25,260 nucleotides of DNA from positions 1-25,260 of the IMG/VR virus record IMGVR_UViG_3300042300_000672. The stretch is one strand, 5' to 3'. The DNA comes from a virus. Its lineage: Duplodnaviria > Caudoviricetes. This document shows, piece by piece, positions 23,345 to 25,260 of the stretch; position 1 is the first letter of the stretch; every line of letters begins with the position of its first letter. Position numbers and translations under genes: made by a program. Under the pieces are notes generated by a model. It did not search any database and had not been told where the DNA came from. It saw nothing but the letters and a program-made list of their open reading frames with translations.

Positions 23345-25260
23345 ATGCCGAGATACTCAAAATACGGAAGCAACGACACCGCCATCATCTCGGCTGGCGA
23401 TTCGTTCTTCCTTGGGATGAACAATCGGCTTCGCCCCGATCAGCTTCAACCGGGCATTATGGCCTACAGCCAGAACGGGCGAATGAGCGTGAATGGGGCA
23501 TGGCAACCCCGCAAAGGCATTGATTTCTTCTCTGGCCTCATAGACACAAGCAGCGAAGCGTTGATTCTTCCTTTCTACGTCTACGCTAGTAAAAACATTT
23601 CAACGGCAGTTCGGGTGGCGGAAACGGTAACTATCACTACCACAACAAGTCACGGATTTACCACTGCAACACAGGTAGGTATTGCTGGCCTTACTGGAAC
23701 AGTAGACCCTAATGGCAACAGGACGGTGACCGTCACCGGAGCTACAACGTTTACAATCTTTCTTGGTGGAGCACCGGGAAGTGAGGTTTACACTGGAACT
23801 GGAACGGCGGGATCACCATTTATCACTGCTTTGGTTAATGCGGCCTATGGCTCATGCTTGTTCTCTAACCCATTAGACGACAACGAGGAATACATTATCG
23901 TTGCGCTTTACGACAAAGCAATGGCGGTGAATTTAACTACCGGGGTTGAAACCAACATCGACTATCCCGCTTCCCTTATAATCACCGAAAACGTCAATCT
24001 GTTGCAGGCGTTTAACAAGGTTTACATCTTTCGGGACGGTCTCACCACCCTAGAGTTTGATGGGAACATTGCCTCAACCCCTACGTTCACCAAGGTGGCT
24101 AACGGCAATTACACCCAGCCATTGGTGTTTACGGCGGCTACTAACACGGCTTGCACTGCGGGCGTGGCAACCGTAACAGAAACAGCGCACGGCCTGTCCG
24201 TTGGCGACATTGTTACAATCATGGACAAGGGAAGTTCTCCCTTAACAAACGCAGCTACCTATGTCGTCCAAAGCGTTCCAACGGCCAACACATTTACGTT
24301 TTACGCCAGCGTAGATGACTTTGCAGCAACATCCGTTGTCCTTGGAAAGGCTCAAAGCGTTGGACTTGGGTTTGTTCATTCTCCCGCGCCCGCGTGGGCG
24401 GCCTACCACCAGCGTCGATTGATTGTCCCTTACCGCTACACGTCTACGGGGACTAGCGGAAGCGAGGTTATTACGGATCGTAGCGTATACGACGAAATCC
24501 TAATCAGCGACATCCTGGATGCTGACACCTACGATCAGCTTCAGAATCAACTCAAGGTGACGGCTGGTATTTCAGACTACTTGCAATACGTTCATCCCTT
24601 CACGGATGACAATGCCGTGGTGTTCAACCGCAACTCTATCCACCTTTTAGATGGGTTGTCAGGCTCGCTTACTGATGTTTCTCTCAAGGAAATCACGCGG
24701 GAGGCCGGATTGGTGGCCCAAAAGAGCGTTGTCACCATTGGAAACAAAATCTTCTTTTTGTCTGATAACGGGGTGTATGCCACACAGTTTGGTGATCTTT
24801 ACAATTTGCGGGGGGCTGGACTGCCGTTGTCCGACCCCATTGACCCTCTTATCAAGCGAATTAACTCAGATTACGCCCAGAACTCTGTAGCCATCTACCA
24901 CGATAATCGTTACTTCCTTGCGGTTCCACTTGATTCCGCGACTACGAATAACGCCATCCTTGTCTTCAACCTCTTAAACCAGCAATGGGAGAGCATTGAC
25001 ATTGTGGCGGGGTCTGGATGGGACGTTTCCAACCTGATTAGTGCCGGGGCTGGTGGGATAAACAAGCTATATGCTGTCAATCGTTTAGGAGGCATTCACA
25101 TCCTTGATGAGCGCGAAGATGACGTAGACGTGGTGGCCTTGGGAATAGCTGTTCCTCCCACTTCCGTCCGGCCAACGTCTTACGGCCAAACTCGGCAATA
25201 CAACATGGGTGACACAGACCGTAAGAAGTTCAACAGCTTTGAGTTGCACACGGAAAGTAG
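23345..25260 (+). CDS. Tail nozzle/stabilisation protein (P22 gp10/T7 gp12-like), partial, runs off right edge; absent from ORF track
   Basis: Open from ATG 23345: MPRYSKYG...GDSFFLGMNNRLRPDQL...RKG...LLQAFNKVYIFR...GLVAQKSVVTIGNKIFFLSDNGVY...DNRYFLAVP...NQQWES; beta-propeller-like. Confidence 0.8.
   Translation, partial: MPRYSKYGSNDTAIISAGDSFFLGMNNRLRPDQLQPGIMAYSQNGRMSVNGAWQPRKGIDFFSGLIDTSSEALILPFYVYASKNISTAVRVAETVTITTTTSHGFTTATQVGIAGLTGTVDPNGNRTVTVTGATTFTIFLGGAPGSEVYTGTGTAGSPFITALVNAAYGSCLFSNPLDDNEEYIIVALYDKAMAVNLTTGVETNIDYPASLIITENVNLLQAFNKVYIFRDGLTTLEFDGNIASTPTFTKVANGNYTQPLVFTAATNTACTAGVATVTETAHGLSVGDIVTIMDKGSSPLTNAATYVVQSVPTANTFTFYASVDDFAATSVVLGKAQSVGLGFVHSPAPAWAAYHQRRLIVPYRYTSTGTSGSEVITDRSVYDEILISDILDADTYDQLQNQLKVTAGISDYLQYVHPFTDDNAVVFNRNSIHLLDGLSGSLTDVSLKEITREAGLVAQKSVVTIGNKIFFLSDNGVYATQFGDLYNLRGAGLPLSDPIDPLIKRINSDYAQNSVAIYHDNRYFLAVPLDSATTNNAILVFNLLNQQWESIDIVAGSGWDVSNLISAGAGGINKLYAVNRLGGIHILDEREDDVDVVALGIAVPPTSVRPTSYGQTRQYNMGDTDRKKFNSFELHTES

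Overview
A 25 kb segment of a tailed dsDNA phage with podovirus-like structural genes, arranged as two divergent arms. The left arm (minus strand, 1-8713) holds early and replication genes: a C5-methyltransferase-like ORF truncated at the edge, an HNH-like protein, DnaB helicase, a PD-(D/E)XK nuclease, an OB-fold SSB candidate, a DUF5664 dATP/dGTP diphosphohydrolase, a half-size beta-clamp homolog and many small translationally coupled ORFs. The right arm (plus strand, 9627-25260) holds terminase, portal, scaffold, DUF5309/SU10-type major capsid, decoration, adaptor, LamG tail protein, a lipoprotein S26-like peptidase, holins and a nozzle gene truncated at the edge. The ~900 bp gap between the arms is packed with several different duplicated palindromes, including TGTTC-N4-GAACA boxes matching the Verrucomicrobia LexA motif, and a pac/terminus-like G-run with A-tracts. 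Several structured-RNA candidates occur at 5800-6120, 6323-6403, 6452-6613 and 16116-16194. All family assignments are by eye from motifs and synteny; no searches were run.
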